Source of the DNA: Terriglobia bacterium
Lineage (GTDB): Bacteria; Acidobacteriota; Polarisedimenticolia; Polarisedimenticolales; JAIQFR01
Assembly: GCA_963748015.1 (NCBI GenBank)
Contig: CAVVHE010000005.1
Location: forward strand, 128,001-192,000
DNA length: 64,000 bases
Direction: 5' to 3'
The translations under genes were made by a program, and so were the position numbers. Under the pieces are notes generated by a model, which was given only the letters and a program-made list of their open reading frames with translations, ran no database searches and was not told where the DNA came from. Below, in pieces: positions 47,382-57,424 of the stretch (positions are counted from its first letter, which is position 1; each line of letters opens with the position of its first letter).

Positions 47382-48427
47382 ACACGGTGCTGGACCTCCT
47401 GGTTCGCCTGTTCCTCTGGCTGGCGCTGGCGCCGCTGGTGCCGGGCCTCATCAACAAGGTCAAGGCCTGGGTCGCCGGACGCCGCGGGCCGCCGCTGTTT
47501 CAGCTCTACTTCGATCTCGCCAAGTTGTGGCGCAAAGGGGTGGTGTTGAGCACGGCGGTGTCGCCCGGGCACGTGGCCGGACCTGCCATCGCCTGGGTGG
47601 CCTTGATGGGCGCGGCCCTGTTGCTCCCGCTGGGACCGGCGGGGGCGCCCCTGTCGTTTCGCGGCGACGCGCTGCTGTTCGTTTACTTGATGGCGCTGGC
47701 CCGGTTTTGCACGGCCGGCGCGGCGCTCGACACAGGGTCGGCCTTCGAGGGCATGGGGGCGGCACGGGAGGTCAGCTATGCGGTTCTCAGCGAGGCGGCG
47801 GTGATCACGGCGTTGCTGACGCTGGCCGTGCAGACCGGCAGCGTGTCGTTGGGCGTCATGCTCGCCCCGGCGGCCGGCCCGGGCGCAGCCGTGCTGGCGG
47901 CGGGCTTGTTTGTGGTGTTGCTGGCCGAAAACTGCCGCGTGCCCTTTGACGATCCCAACACGCACCTGGAATTGACGATGATCCACGAGGTGATGGTGCT
48001 GGACCACAGCGGTCCGCCCCTGGCGGTGATCCTGCATGGGGCGTCGGTCAAGCTGCTGCTGTTTGCCGCGTTGCTGGTCCAGGCGGCATTGCCGCTCGGG
48101 CATCTGCCACCCGCGCCGGCCGCGGGGTTGCTGGTGATCTCCGTCCTGGGCGTGGCGGTGGCAGTGGGTTTGGTGGAGTCGCTGCTGGCGCGACTGGCGT
48201 TCCGACGGGTGCCGCTACTGCTGACCACGGCTTTCATCCTTTGCCTGTTTGCGCTGCTCACCAGTTGGAGAGCTTCCACGATCCGCGAACCGCGCGTTGG
48301 GACCCTGAACCCGGAGCGCGGACATTGGTGTCCGCCCGGGCAGGGTGCGGCCCACAAAGCCGACAGGAATGCAGGTGCTCCGGTTCGTGGTTCATGGGTC
48401 GTTTGCATGATTCCGGAATCAGAATGA
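47378..48427 (+). CDS. hyfC: HyfC/NuoH-like membrane subunit
   Basis: KA..AGRRGPP..Q.Y.DL.KL, LDTGS.FEGMGA.RE, AEN.RVPFD, HLELTMIHE.M.L; tail extended by a repeat. Confidence 0.85.
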   Translation: MNTVLDLLVRLFLWLALAPLVPGLINKVKAWVAGRRGPPLFQLYFDLAKLWRKGVVLSTAVSPGHVAGPAIAWVALMGAALLLPLGPAGAPLSFRGDALLFVYLMALARFCTAGAALDTGSAFEGMGAAREVSYAVLSEAAVITALLTLAVQTGSVSLGVMLAPAAGPGAAVLAAGLFVVLLAENCRVPFDDPNTHLELTMIHEVMVLDHSGPPLAVILHGASVKLLLFAALLVQAALPLGHLPPAPAAGLLVISVLGVAVAVGLVESLLARLAFRRVPLLLTTAFILCLFALLTSWRASTIREPRVGTLNPERGHWCPPGQGAAHKADRNAGAPVRGSWVVCMIPESE

Positions 48428-48437
48428 AATCGCCGGT

Positions 48438-49079
48438 ATGACAGACACAGTCAACTTGCTGATCGGCCTGGCCATGGGACTGAACCTGATGGCGCTGGCC
48501 AGCAGCCGCATGCCGTCCATCATCCGTATCGAGGCGGCGCAGGGGATGGTGCTGGGCGTGCTGCCGCTGCTGCTCGAGCCGGAGTCGTCCGCCTTGGTTA
48601 TGGCCGTGGCAGCAGCGGTGGTGGGGGTGAAAGGGTTTGTGATTCCGGGCCTGCTGCGGCGGGCGATGCGCGCCGCCAATATCGACCGCGAGGTGGAGCC
48701 GCTGCTCGGGTTTGTGCCGTCCTTGCTGCTGGGGGCGGCGGCGACGGTGGGGGCGCTGGCGCTGGGTCTGGCCCTGCCGCTGATGCCTGAGCATGCGCAA
48801 TTGCTGCTGGTGCCCGGGGCCTTCGCCACCGTCATCTGCGGTCTGGTGCTGTTGATGGGCCGAACCAAGGCCATCTCGCAGGTGTGCGGATTCCTCATGC
48901 TGGAGAACGGCATTTACCTCTTCGGCCTGTTGCTGCTCGGGTCCACACCGCTGCTGGTCGAGGCGGGCATCCTGCTGGACCTCACCGTGGCGGTGTTCGT
49001 CATCGGCATCATCGTGGACCGCATCCAGCGTGAGTTCGACACGCTGGACACGCGGAAACTGACCGCGCTGCGCGAATGA
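48438..49079 (+). CDS. hyfE: HyfE-like membrane subunit
   Basis: Highly hydrophobic; KGFVIP, SQV.GFL.LENGI, VEAGILLD. Confidence 0.85.
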   Translation: MTDTVNLLIGLAMGLNLMALASSRMPSIIRIEAAQGMVLGVLPLLLEPESSALVMAVAAAVVGVKGFVIPGLLRRAMRAANIDREVEPLLGFVPSLLLGAAATVGALALGLALPLMPEHAQLLLVPGAFATVICGLVLLMGRTKAISQVCGFLMLENGIYLFGLLLLGSTPLLVEAGILLDLTVAVFVIGIIVDRIQREFDTLDTRKLTALRE

Positions 49080-50522
49080 TCGAACTGGCGCTCATCCTGG
49101 TGCCCTTGCTGGCGGCGGGTGTGGCGCTGGCCTGGCCGATCGAACGCGACACGGCCTGGCTGCTGCCCGTGGCCGGCGTGCTGCATGCCGCGCTTTGCGC
49201 TGTGGCGGTTGCTGGCGCCGCCCGCACCGCCGGCCAGCGAGTGGGTGGGATTCGACGCGGTGGCGCGCGCGGTGCTGCCGGCGGTGTCGCTGCTGTTCCT
49301 CGTGTGTTCGTTCTACGCGGTGGCTTATCTGCGGCTGCGCGCGGAGCGGCCCAACCGCATGTTGTACGGTGCCTTGCTGGTGCTGCTGGGTCTGATGAGC
49401 CTGGCCTTGCAGGCGCGGCACTTGGGCGTGCTGTGGATCGCCATCGAGGGCGCCACCCTGGCCACGGTGCCGCTGCTGCATTTCAACGGCACTGCGCGCG
49501 CTTTCGAGGCGACCTGGAAATACCTGCTCGTTGGCGGCACCGGCATTGCCCTGTCGCTGCTGGGCTCGTTCTGTCTCGGATACGCCTCGCTGCACGGCGG
49601 CGGCAGCGGCGACCTCACTTTTGCGGGACTGACCGCCCAAGGCAGCGCGCTTTCTCGTCCGTGGCTGGTGACGGCGTGGGTGCTTGTTGCTGGCGGGTTA
49701 CGGCACGAAGATGGGCCTGGCGCCGATGCACACCTGGAAACCCGACGCCTACGGCGAGGCGCCGGGTATGGTTGGCGCCCTGCTGGCGGGCGGGATGACC
49801 ACGACGGCCTTCGTGGCGCTGCTGCGCGTCCAGCAGGTGGTGGACGCCGCCGGCGCTGGGCGCGATGACCGCAGCGGACGCTGCTGGCTGCTCGGGTTGT
49901 TCTCGATGGTGGTGGCGGCGTTGTTCCTGCTGGGCACGCCGGACTTCAAGCGGATGCTGGCCTACTCGAGCGTCGAGCACATGGGCATCCTGGCGTCGGC
50001 GCGGCGCTGGGCGGCGCAGGGTTGGGCGCGGCGCTGTTTCATGTGTGGACCAACAGCCTGACCAAAGGGGCGCTGTTCCTGAGCGCGGGCAACCTGCGTC
50101 GCGCCGCCGGCGCCCGCACGCGTGAGGACGTGGCCGGCATGGCCTGGGTGTCGCCGTGGTCCGCGCGGATTTTCGTCACGGGGATGCTTGCCGTCACCGC
50201 CTGTCCGCCGTTCGGTCCGTTCTTCAGCGAACTGGGCATCGTGCGGGCGGGGCTGGCGGCCGACCGTTGGTTGGCCGTGCTGGTGTTTCTGGGCTGCCTG
50301 TTCCTGGCGTTTCTCGGGATGACGCGATTGGTGTTTGCGATCGTGGACGGGCGGCCGGGGCAGGGGGCGCGGGCGACCAGTGCGCGCTTCCGCGAAACCG
50401 CCGGCTTGGTGGCGCCGCCGCTCGTCTTCCTGGGCCTGTCGCTCTGGCTGGGACTGGCCACGCCGCCGCTGCTGCGCGAAACGTGGGCGGCGGCGGTGGA
50501 AGCCCTGCTGGTCCTGCCATGA
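49076..50522 (+). CDS. hyfF: HyfF-like antiporter-type subunit, frameshifted
   Basis: WIAIE..TL, EATWKY, GYGTK.GLAPMHTWKPDAYGEAP, FKRMLAYSSVEHMG, PPFGPF.SE. Confidence 0.85.
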
Positions 50523-52017
50523 CCACATCGAGCCATTCATCCCGCTGAGCAACGGCCACGAGCCTGCCGTGGGCGGACGTGCCGGAGTGGCCGGTCGAGG
50601 AGTTTGTCGCGCAGGCCGCCGCGGAACTGGATCGCGGCGGCCGGCTGTGCGCGTGGTTCGGCGTGCCCGAAGGCGCAGGCGACGCGGCTGGTGGCGGTGG
50701 TCGCTTACGACGCCGACAACACGCTGGCGGTGGGTCGCAGCCGGCCATTCGCGGGGCGGTATCCGGCACTGACGCTGCAGTCATCCGCAGGCGCATCTGT
50801 TCGAGCGCGAAGTCTGGGAGCAGCACGGTCTCGTGCCGGAAGGCCATCCCTGGCTCAAGCCGGTCCGACGGAGCACGGCGTCAGGCCCGGCCGTCGGCGA
50901 ATTCTTCCGGGTCGAAGGCGGTGAGATTCACGAAGTCGCGGTCGGTCCGGTTCACGCCGGCATCATCGAGCCGGGGCATTTCCGCTTTCAATGCAACGGC
51001 GAGGAGGTGCTGCATCTGGAGATCGCGCTGGGCTACCAGCATCGCGGGATCGAGGAGGCGCTGGCGGGCGGACCGCATCGCGCGACGATGAGCCAGATGG
51101 AGACGGTGGCCGGCGACACGACCATCGCCCACGCGACGGCTCACGCCATGGTGCTCGAAGCGCTGGCCGGGCGTCGAAGCGCCGCTGCGCGCGCAGTGGC
51201 TGCGGGCCATCGCGCTCGAACTGGAGCGACTGGCCAATCACACCGGCGACCTCGGCGCGCTGGCCAACGACGTGGCGTTCCTGCCGACCGTCTGCGGCGT
51301 GCGGCAAGATTCGCGGCGATTTCCTGAACCTGACCGCGCTGATCTGTGCGGCAATCGTTTCGGACGCGGGCTGGTTCGTGCCCGGCGGCTGCCGGCATGA
51401 CCTCGAACCGGACGCGCGCGGCGCAGTTGCTCGAACGGTTGCGCAGCGGCGCTGGCCGAAGTGGAGCAGGCGGCGGCATGGCTTGTGGGACGCGAACTCG
51501 GTGCGCGCGCGGTTCGAGGGCACGGGCGCGGTGTCCGACGGAACAGGCGAGCGGACGTTGGATTGGTGGGCCCGGCGGCACGCGCTTGCGGACTGGTGCG
51601 CGATGTGCGTTTCGATCATCCGGCGGGCTGGCATCGCTTCGCGCAGATGCCGGTGGCGGTCTGGCCGGGGGGCGATGTGCTTTGCGCGCGCGCGCGTGCG
51701 CTGGCTGGAGATCGCAGCGCTCCGGCGCAGTTTCATCGAGGAACAGCTCGTCGCGCCGCCGGATGGGCCGCTGCTGACGAGCGTTGCCGGAGCGCGCGGC
51801 AGATACGCTGGCCGTGGCGCTGGTCGAAGGCTGGCGCGGCGAGATCTGCCATGTGGCGCTGACGGATGCTGTCGGCCGGTTTCGCCGCTACAAGATCGTG
51901 GATCCGTCGTTCCACAACTGGACCGGGCTGGCGCTGGCGTTGCGCGGCCAGGCGATCTCGGATTTTCCGCTCTGCAACAAGAGCTTCAATCTGTCGTACT
52001 GCGGCTTCGATCTCTGA
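50519..52017 (+). CDS. HyfG/HycE-like large subunit (NuoC+NuoD-like) lacking Ni-binding cysteines (EhrL), frameshifted
   Basis: FERE..HG..PEGHP, VGPVHAGIIEPGHFRF..GE, GYQHRGIE, ELERLANH, VEGWRG, DPSFHNW, DFPLCNKSFNLSY. Confidence 0.85.
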
Positions 52018-52019
52018 CC

Positions 52020-52822
52020 ATGTTCGCTCATCGAAACCATCTTGAATCGGCTGCGGCAGGGCTGCCAGACCATGGCCTATCCGGACGGTCCGGCGCCGGC
52101 GCTGCCGGACCGGCATGGCGGCGCGTTGCGCGTGGACGCGGCGAAGTGCGCCGAGGGCTGCGTGCGCGTGCGTGCCGGTGTGTCCGACGCGAGGCGATCA
52201 CCCGGCCGGCGGGAAGCCCGGTGGCGCTGGATCTGGGTCGCTGCATGTTTTGCGCGGCGTGCGTCGAGGTGTGCCCGGCCAACGCCATCACGCAGACGGG
52301 CGATCCATCGCATGGCGGTGCGGCGCCGCGGAGACCTGCTGCTGGGCAGACCGGGCGAAGGAGGAACTGCGCCTGGCGGCGGCGCTTGATCGAGAGAGCT
52401 GCGCAGGTTGTTCGGCCGATCGCTGCGACTGCGTCAGGTGAGCGCCGGCGGCTGCAACGCCTGCGAGGCGGATACCAACGTGCTGGGCACGATTGGCTGG
52501 GATCTCGGCCGGTTCGGCATTCAATTCGTCGCCTCGCCGCGCCATGCCGACGGCCTGCTGATCACCGGTCCGGTGACCCGCAACATGGAATTGGCGCTGC
52601 GAAAAGACCTACGACGCGGTCCCCTCACCGAAGATCGTCATTGCGGTGGGAGCGTGCGCGATTGCGGGCGGGCCGTTCGTCGGCCATCCGCAGGTGCGCA
52701 ACGGGGCCGACGCGGTCGTGCCGGTGGATCTGTTCATTCCCGGCTGCCCGCCGCATCCGCTGACGATTTTGGATGGCTTGCTGCGGCTGCTTGGGAGGTT
52801 GGAGGAAACGCAGCGTGGATGA
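52020..52822 (+). CDS. Ferredoxin (2x4Fe-4S) fused to HyfI/NuoB-like small subunit (EhrS), frameshifted
   Basis: CAEGC..C..VCP, CMFCAACVEVCP, AGGCNACE, SPRHAD.L..TGP, GACA, PGCPP. Confidence 0.85.
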
Positions 52823-53341
52823 ACGCAAACGCGGCTCAACCCGTCATCGTCAGGAACGCACTATCCGCGGACCGCGGCGAGGTGGCGCGCCTCTTTTCCC
52901 AGCATCTGGCCGACCTTGGGTTGCATCCCGATCCGGTCCTCGACGCGGACATGGCCCGGTTCAGCCACTTCTATGAGCCGCCGCGGGGTTTCTTGCTGCT
53001 GGCGGTGGATGCCGACGGGAGAGTCGTGGGGATGGCGGCGTTGCTGGGCGACGAAATCCGCCGCGTGTACAGTTGAAACACCCTGGCGTCGGCGGGGTGT
53101 TGCCACCCAACTGCTGCACAGTCTGCTGCGGCGGGCGCCTGTTCCCTCCTCCGGCCGGTTTCGCGCAGTTCTTGCCCGGGACAACCTGCCCAGCCGGCGT
53201 CTCTTTCAGACGCTGGGTTTCCGCGCGGGTCTGGCGGGGACGGGGCCGGCGCGGCCTGGCCACTGCGACGTTTACGAACTGGACGCGTCCCACCTACACT
53301 CCCAACGCCCGCCCTGCGAGGTTGGCGGCCTGATATGCTGA
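52819..53341 (+). CDS. GNAT-family acetyltransferase, frameshift near 53070
   Basis: G.VVGM.AL..EIRRVY(V)..WRRRGVA..LL..N.PSRRLFQ.LGF. Confidence 0.75.
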
Positions 53342-53721
53342 TCATTCCCACTGAACTCCGTCCCAGCCCGATTCATGGGCTGGGTGTCTTCACCCGCGAA
53401 CCCGTATCCCACGGCAGCGTGGTCTCGCGGTTCATGCCGCCGTTCGACACCGAGTTTCCCCCGGAACTCCTGTCCATCCTGACAGAGGCGGAACGCACTT
53501 ACCTCCGCCACTACAGCTACCACAGCGTGTTCTCGGGATTCTACGTGCTGCCCGGCGACCACGACCGATTCATGAATCACAGCGACACGCCTAACGTGAT
53601 CATGAACACGGACGGCTCGGCGACCTGTGTGGCGGCGTGCCCCATCGCGGCCGGCGACGAACTGACCTGCGACTATCGCACCTTCGACGCCGAATGGCCG
53701 CTAAAGCTGGGCCGCCCATGA
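53335..53721 (+). CDS. SET-domain protein
   Basis: SPIHGLGVF, RFMNHS.TPN, I.AGDELTCDY. Confidence 0.9.
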   Translation: MLIIPTELRPSPIHGLGVFTREPVSHGSVVSRFMPPFDTEFPPELLSILTEAERTYLRHYSYHSVFSGFYVLPGDHDRFMNHSDTPNVIMNTDGSATCVAACPIAAGDELTCDYRTFDAEWPLKLGRP

Positions 53722-54395
53722 GGTTGCGGACCGATCACGCCCAGTGGTACGACGGTCTCTTCGACCAATCGGGGCCGGTCTTTCACCGGATGGCCTTCAC
53801 GCGCGGCGGACTGGCCAAACGCCGGCAGCTTGACCTGCTCGAGTCGCTTGGTTTCCGCACCCCGGCGCACGGGCCGGCGTCGGAACTGCATGTGCGGTTG
53901 CTGCGTGGGCCGGACGGTCTCAGCATCCCGGACGCGGCGGATCAGGTCCGGTGCGTGGTGTACCACGATGAACTGGCGCACCGCGGCGAGGGCAAGGAAG
54001 TGATGCGGCTGTCCGAGGCGGCAAGGCGCTTCCCCGACACGTGGGCGGCGGTGTTTCATGAGCCGTCCACACCGGGCATGAGCTTCCGCTTCATCCGGTT
54101 CGGGCGGCTGGGTTTCTGGCAGCGGCAACAGTCCCAAGGCGGCGACTGGCGCTCCAACCATCGTGATGCGGAAACCGTGCTCGATCGACGACCGCTGCCC
54201 GCGCCCAATGCGGTCGAGCGCGTGCTGTGGGCGGTGGATTTCGTCCCCGCGGCCGAGGGCCTGCTGGCCGTGGATTTCAACACCGCGCCCGACCTGACGT
54301 CGCTCGGTGAATCCGGCCTGGTCACCGAGGCGGAATTGCGCGCGGAACTCGAAGCCGTCGCCGGGAGCGCCCCCCGCAGCCTCGATCAATTCTGA
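53718..54395 (+). CDS. Hypothetical protein, possibly ATP-grasp-like
   Basis: H.GEGK loop, WRSN, AVDFV....LLAVDFNTAP; ATGA overlap with the SET gene. Confidence 0.55.
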   Translation: MRLRTDHAQWYDGLFDQSGPVFHRMAFTRGGLAKRRQLDLLESLGFRTPAHGPASELHVRLLRGPDGLSIPDAADQVRCVVYHDELAHRGEGKEVMRLSEAARRFPDTWAAVFHEPSTPGMSFRFIRFGRLGFWQRQQSQGGDWRSNHRDAETVLDRRPLPAPNAVERVLWAVDFVPAAEGLLAVDFNTAPDLTSLGESGLVTEAELRAELEAVAGSAPRSLDQF

Positions 54396-54822
54396 TCAGC
54401 AGGCGCCGTTGATCTCGGGGGAGTCGGGACAGCCATGCCCGTGGAGTTAAGACTTCAATCCTGAACGGTTTCCGCAAAACCGTCAGGTCGGGATCACGGG
54501 TGATGAGGGTTCGCGCGCCCGCGGCCAGCGCCGCCTCGATGGACTTGTCATCCTGGGGATCGCGGCAGGTTTGCTCACGCAGCGGCACGGGTGTGACCCA
54601 AAGTGCGGACGAGCGCAGCACCTCCACCCACGATTCGATGTCCGTGTCGAAGCCTTCCTCCTGCTTCACCCGGCGGAGCACCCGGGAATACTCGGCGAAC
54701 ATGGCCTCGGAAACCACCGGGCAGATCAGGCCCGCCAAGCAGGCCTTGAGGCAGGCGTGCGGTTCGTGCCGCCAGAACACGCCGGCGACCACCACCCCGG
54801 TGTCCAGGACAACGAGTTTCAC
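54322..54822 (-). CDS. PIN-domain toxin
   Basis: VVLDTGV, EY..VL.R, CRDPQDDK..EAA..A..LIT.D.DL. Confidence 0.88.
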   Translation of the reverse strand: MKLVVLDTGVVVAGVFWRHEPHACLKACLAGLICPVVSEAMFAEYSRVLRRVKQEEGFDTDIESWVEVLRSSALWVTPVPLREQTCRDPQDDKSIEAALAAGARTLITRDPDLTVLRKPFRIEVLTPRAWLSRLPRDQRRLLIRIDRGCGGRSRRRLRVPRAIPPR

Positions 54823-55076
54823 CGCCGGACTTTGCTTAACGCGCGTTCAACGAGTGCGGCAGCCTGCTTTGCAGAGTGTCGTCCGGCCGGGGTTTGGGAC
54901 AACAGTTTCTTCACTTCGGACGGGGAGGGCGGTTTGACCGGGCGCACCAGCAGTCCCACCTTCCCCAAGTCAAACACGTTGAGCGGTCCTCCGCGTTCCA
55001 GACCTTCCCGCCGGCACCATTCCAGCGGAAACACGGTTTGACGTTTGGAGGTCAGGGTCATGGTGGTCGCTTTCAT
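54819..55076 (-). CDS. AbrB/MazE-like antitoxin
   Basis: TLTSKRQTVFP..C...GL..G; GTGA overlap with the PIN gene. Confidence 0.8.
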   Translation of the reverse strand: MKATTMTLTSKRQTVFPLEWCRREGLERGGPLNVFDLGKVGLLVRPVKPPSPSEVKKLLSQTPAGRHSAKQAAALVERALSKVRR

Positions 55077-55133
55077 GCCGGTAAGATTATGTTACCCTCC
55101 GCCAGTCTTCAACCGGAGGGCCGGGGCTGAACC

Positions 55134-55650
55134 GTGCATCCCGAAGTTGTTGGTGATTTTGCTAGACTACCCGCGGCCAAGCGGTGGGCCTATTACCTTG
55201 GGCGCTACCACTATTTGGGCTTTTGGGTCGTGGGAGAGAACGTGGGATATCTGGCCTGTGATCGACAGGAGCGGGATGTGGGATGTTTATTGTTTGGCGC
55301 GGCGGCGTGGCGGTGCGCGCCGCGGGATCGGAGGTTGGGCTGGAATTGCCAAGAGCGGCAGGAGCGACTTGGGAATGTGGTCAACAACACCCGGTTCCTG
55401 ATTCTTCCCTGGCTGCGGGTGGCGCATCTGGCCAGCCACCTGTTGGGACAAGTGGCTCGGCGGATTGATGCGGATTGGCGCCTGAGCTACGGCCATGGAG
55501 TGGACTGGTTGGAAACATTCGTGGATCGGCAACGGTTCCGGGGCAGTTGTTATCGCGCCGCCAACTGGGAATGTGTCGGCCAGACCCAAGGACGCAGCCG
55601 CCAGGATCGGGGGCATCAACTGCAAGTTCCGATCAAAGACGTCTATTTAG
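55134..55650 (+). pseudogene. DUF4338 (DruA-like) domain fragment, cut by an IS
   Basis: YHYLG..VGE, RDR.LGW, NNTRFLILPW, HLASH.L, LETFVD..RF.G.CY.AANW..G.T.GR. Confidence 0.8.
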
Positions 55651-57424
55651 TGTCCGGCGTTAAACGCGAAGCGGCGCGCTGGGGTTGCGTCTGATGTGCT
55701 GGAGCGCGTGCGAATGTTGGGGTGGTGTTTGAATGTTTGTGAGGGTTCCGGTGTCTCATCCTGCAACATTCGCTTCTGCTCCTCACCATGCGCCATCCTT
55801 TCCAAAGCCAGCCTGATCTCCAGATCACCCCCATCGAAAAGATTCGCCTGCCGCTCAAGAGCCGGGACGAGTTGCCGCCGATCCCGCGGGGCTCCAGTGG
55901 ATTTGGATGCACCCCACGCTCAAGAGCGAGATGTTCGCCCTGCTGGAGGCCAAAATCCTTGCCGGCAAGCGGGCCACTGGTCGCACGGGCATGGATCTGT
56001 GGCAGATTCTGGTGCTGGGCGTCATCCGGCTGGGCCTCAACGCGGATTGGGATCGGATGGAGGACCTGGCCAATCATCATCTGCTCGTGCGCCAGATGCT
56101 CGGCGTGTCCGCCACGCCGTGGGGTGAGGACGCCAAGGTCTTCGGCCATCAGACCCTGCGGGACAACGTCGCCCTGCTCGATGACGAACTGCTGCAATAG
56201 ATCAACGCGCGAATCGCGGCGGCGGGAAGAGCGGTGTTCGCAAAAAAAGGCGGCGCGCCCGTGGCGGCGCTTGAGATCAAGGTGGACACCTACGTGTTGG
56301 AAACCGACGTGCATTTCCCCACCGACTTGAACCTGCTCTGGGACGCGGGCCGCAAGTGTGTGGATCTGGTGGAAGGGCTGCTGGCTTCCGGTTACGACCT
56401 GCCGGGCTGGCGCCAGTGCAAGGCGTGGCGGCGGCAACTCAAGGCCTGCGAACGGGCCGCCAGCCAGGTGGTCTATCGTGGCGGACCGAACAAGGAAGTG
56501 CGGGTCAAAGCGGTCGTGCGCGAGTATCTGGCCGTGGGGCGCGCGCTTTCGGCCAAGGTGCATCAGAGCCTGCTGGGCTTGTGTGAGGAGGCGGTGGACG
56601 CTGTCCGCTGGGAACGGCTGGCGTATTTCCACGGGATGCTCGACAAGCATCTGGATCTGGTGGAGCGGCGGTTGTTGCAGGAGCAAACCATCCCCGCGCA
56701 CGAGAAGGTGTTCTCGCTGTTTGAGCCGCACACCGAATGGATCCAGAAAGGCAAGCAGCGCCCGAACGTGGAATTGGGGCACCGGCTGCTGGTGGCCACC
56801 GATCAACACCAGTTGATCCAGGACTATGACGTGCCGGTGGGCGGGGCGGACGTGGACCAGAGTGTGCCGGTAGCCGACCGGTTGCTGGGCCGCTACGGGG
56901 CAGGGAGCGTGGCGAGCTTGAGTTTTGACAAAGGCTTCACGCACGCCGCAGACCGGGCGTTGTTGAGCCTCTACATTCCGGAAGTGGTGATGCCCAAACG
57001 CGGCCAGAAGAACGCGGCGGAAGTGGAGCGGGAGAACGGCAAGCGGTTCCTGGCCCTGCGCAAGCAACACAGCGCGGTGGAGAGCGAGATCAACAGTCTG
57101 GAACATCACGGCTTGAACCGGTGCCTGGACGTGGGGTTGGCGGGCTATCTTGCGCTATGTGGGCTACGGCGTGATGAGCTACAACCTGCACGTGATCGGG
57201 CGGGAGTGGCTGCGCCGCCAGCGCGAGCGCGGCCCAGCGCTGGCGCAGGCGGTCTGAAGGCGCCCGCCGCGAAATCGCAAGCCAGCTCCGAGAGGAGCAG
57301 TGTCGCCGTCGCCGGGGAATTTTGATGGTTTTGAGCGTGCCCGGCTCAAAAAACCGCGTCCATCGCGCTTCCGCCACCCTCCGCGCTCAGCGCCATCTCA
57401 AAAACACGCGTTTCCGGCCAGACA
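55651..57424 (+). mobile_element. ISNCY/IS5-like IS, transposase about 55788..57258 with frameshifts and an in-frame TAG at 56198
   Basis: Terminal IRs tgtccggcgttaaacgcg / cgcgtttccggccagaca (14 of 18 match); DTYVLETDVHFPTD, VFSLFEPHT..I.KGK, SFDKGF, HSAVES.IN. Family assignment tentative. Confidence 0.85.

Noticed and set aside
45435..52822. Functional NiFe hydrogenase-4 or formate hydrogenlyase
   Set aside because: The large subunit lacks the Ni ligands, and no fdh or hyp genes are present in the window.
55134..55694. Druantia defence system
   Set aside because: Only DUF4338 domains in an IS context; no DruE helicase or other partners.
56198..56200. In-frame TAG as pyrrolysine recoding, given the PylB-like enzyme
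   Set aside because: It lies in a decayed transposase, no pylS/T/C/D genes are seen, and other genes here use TAG as a normal stop.
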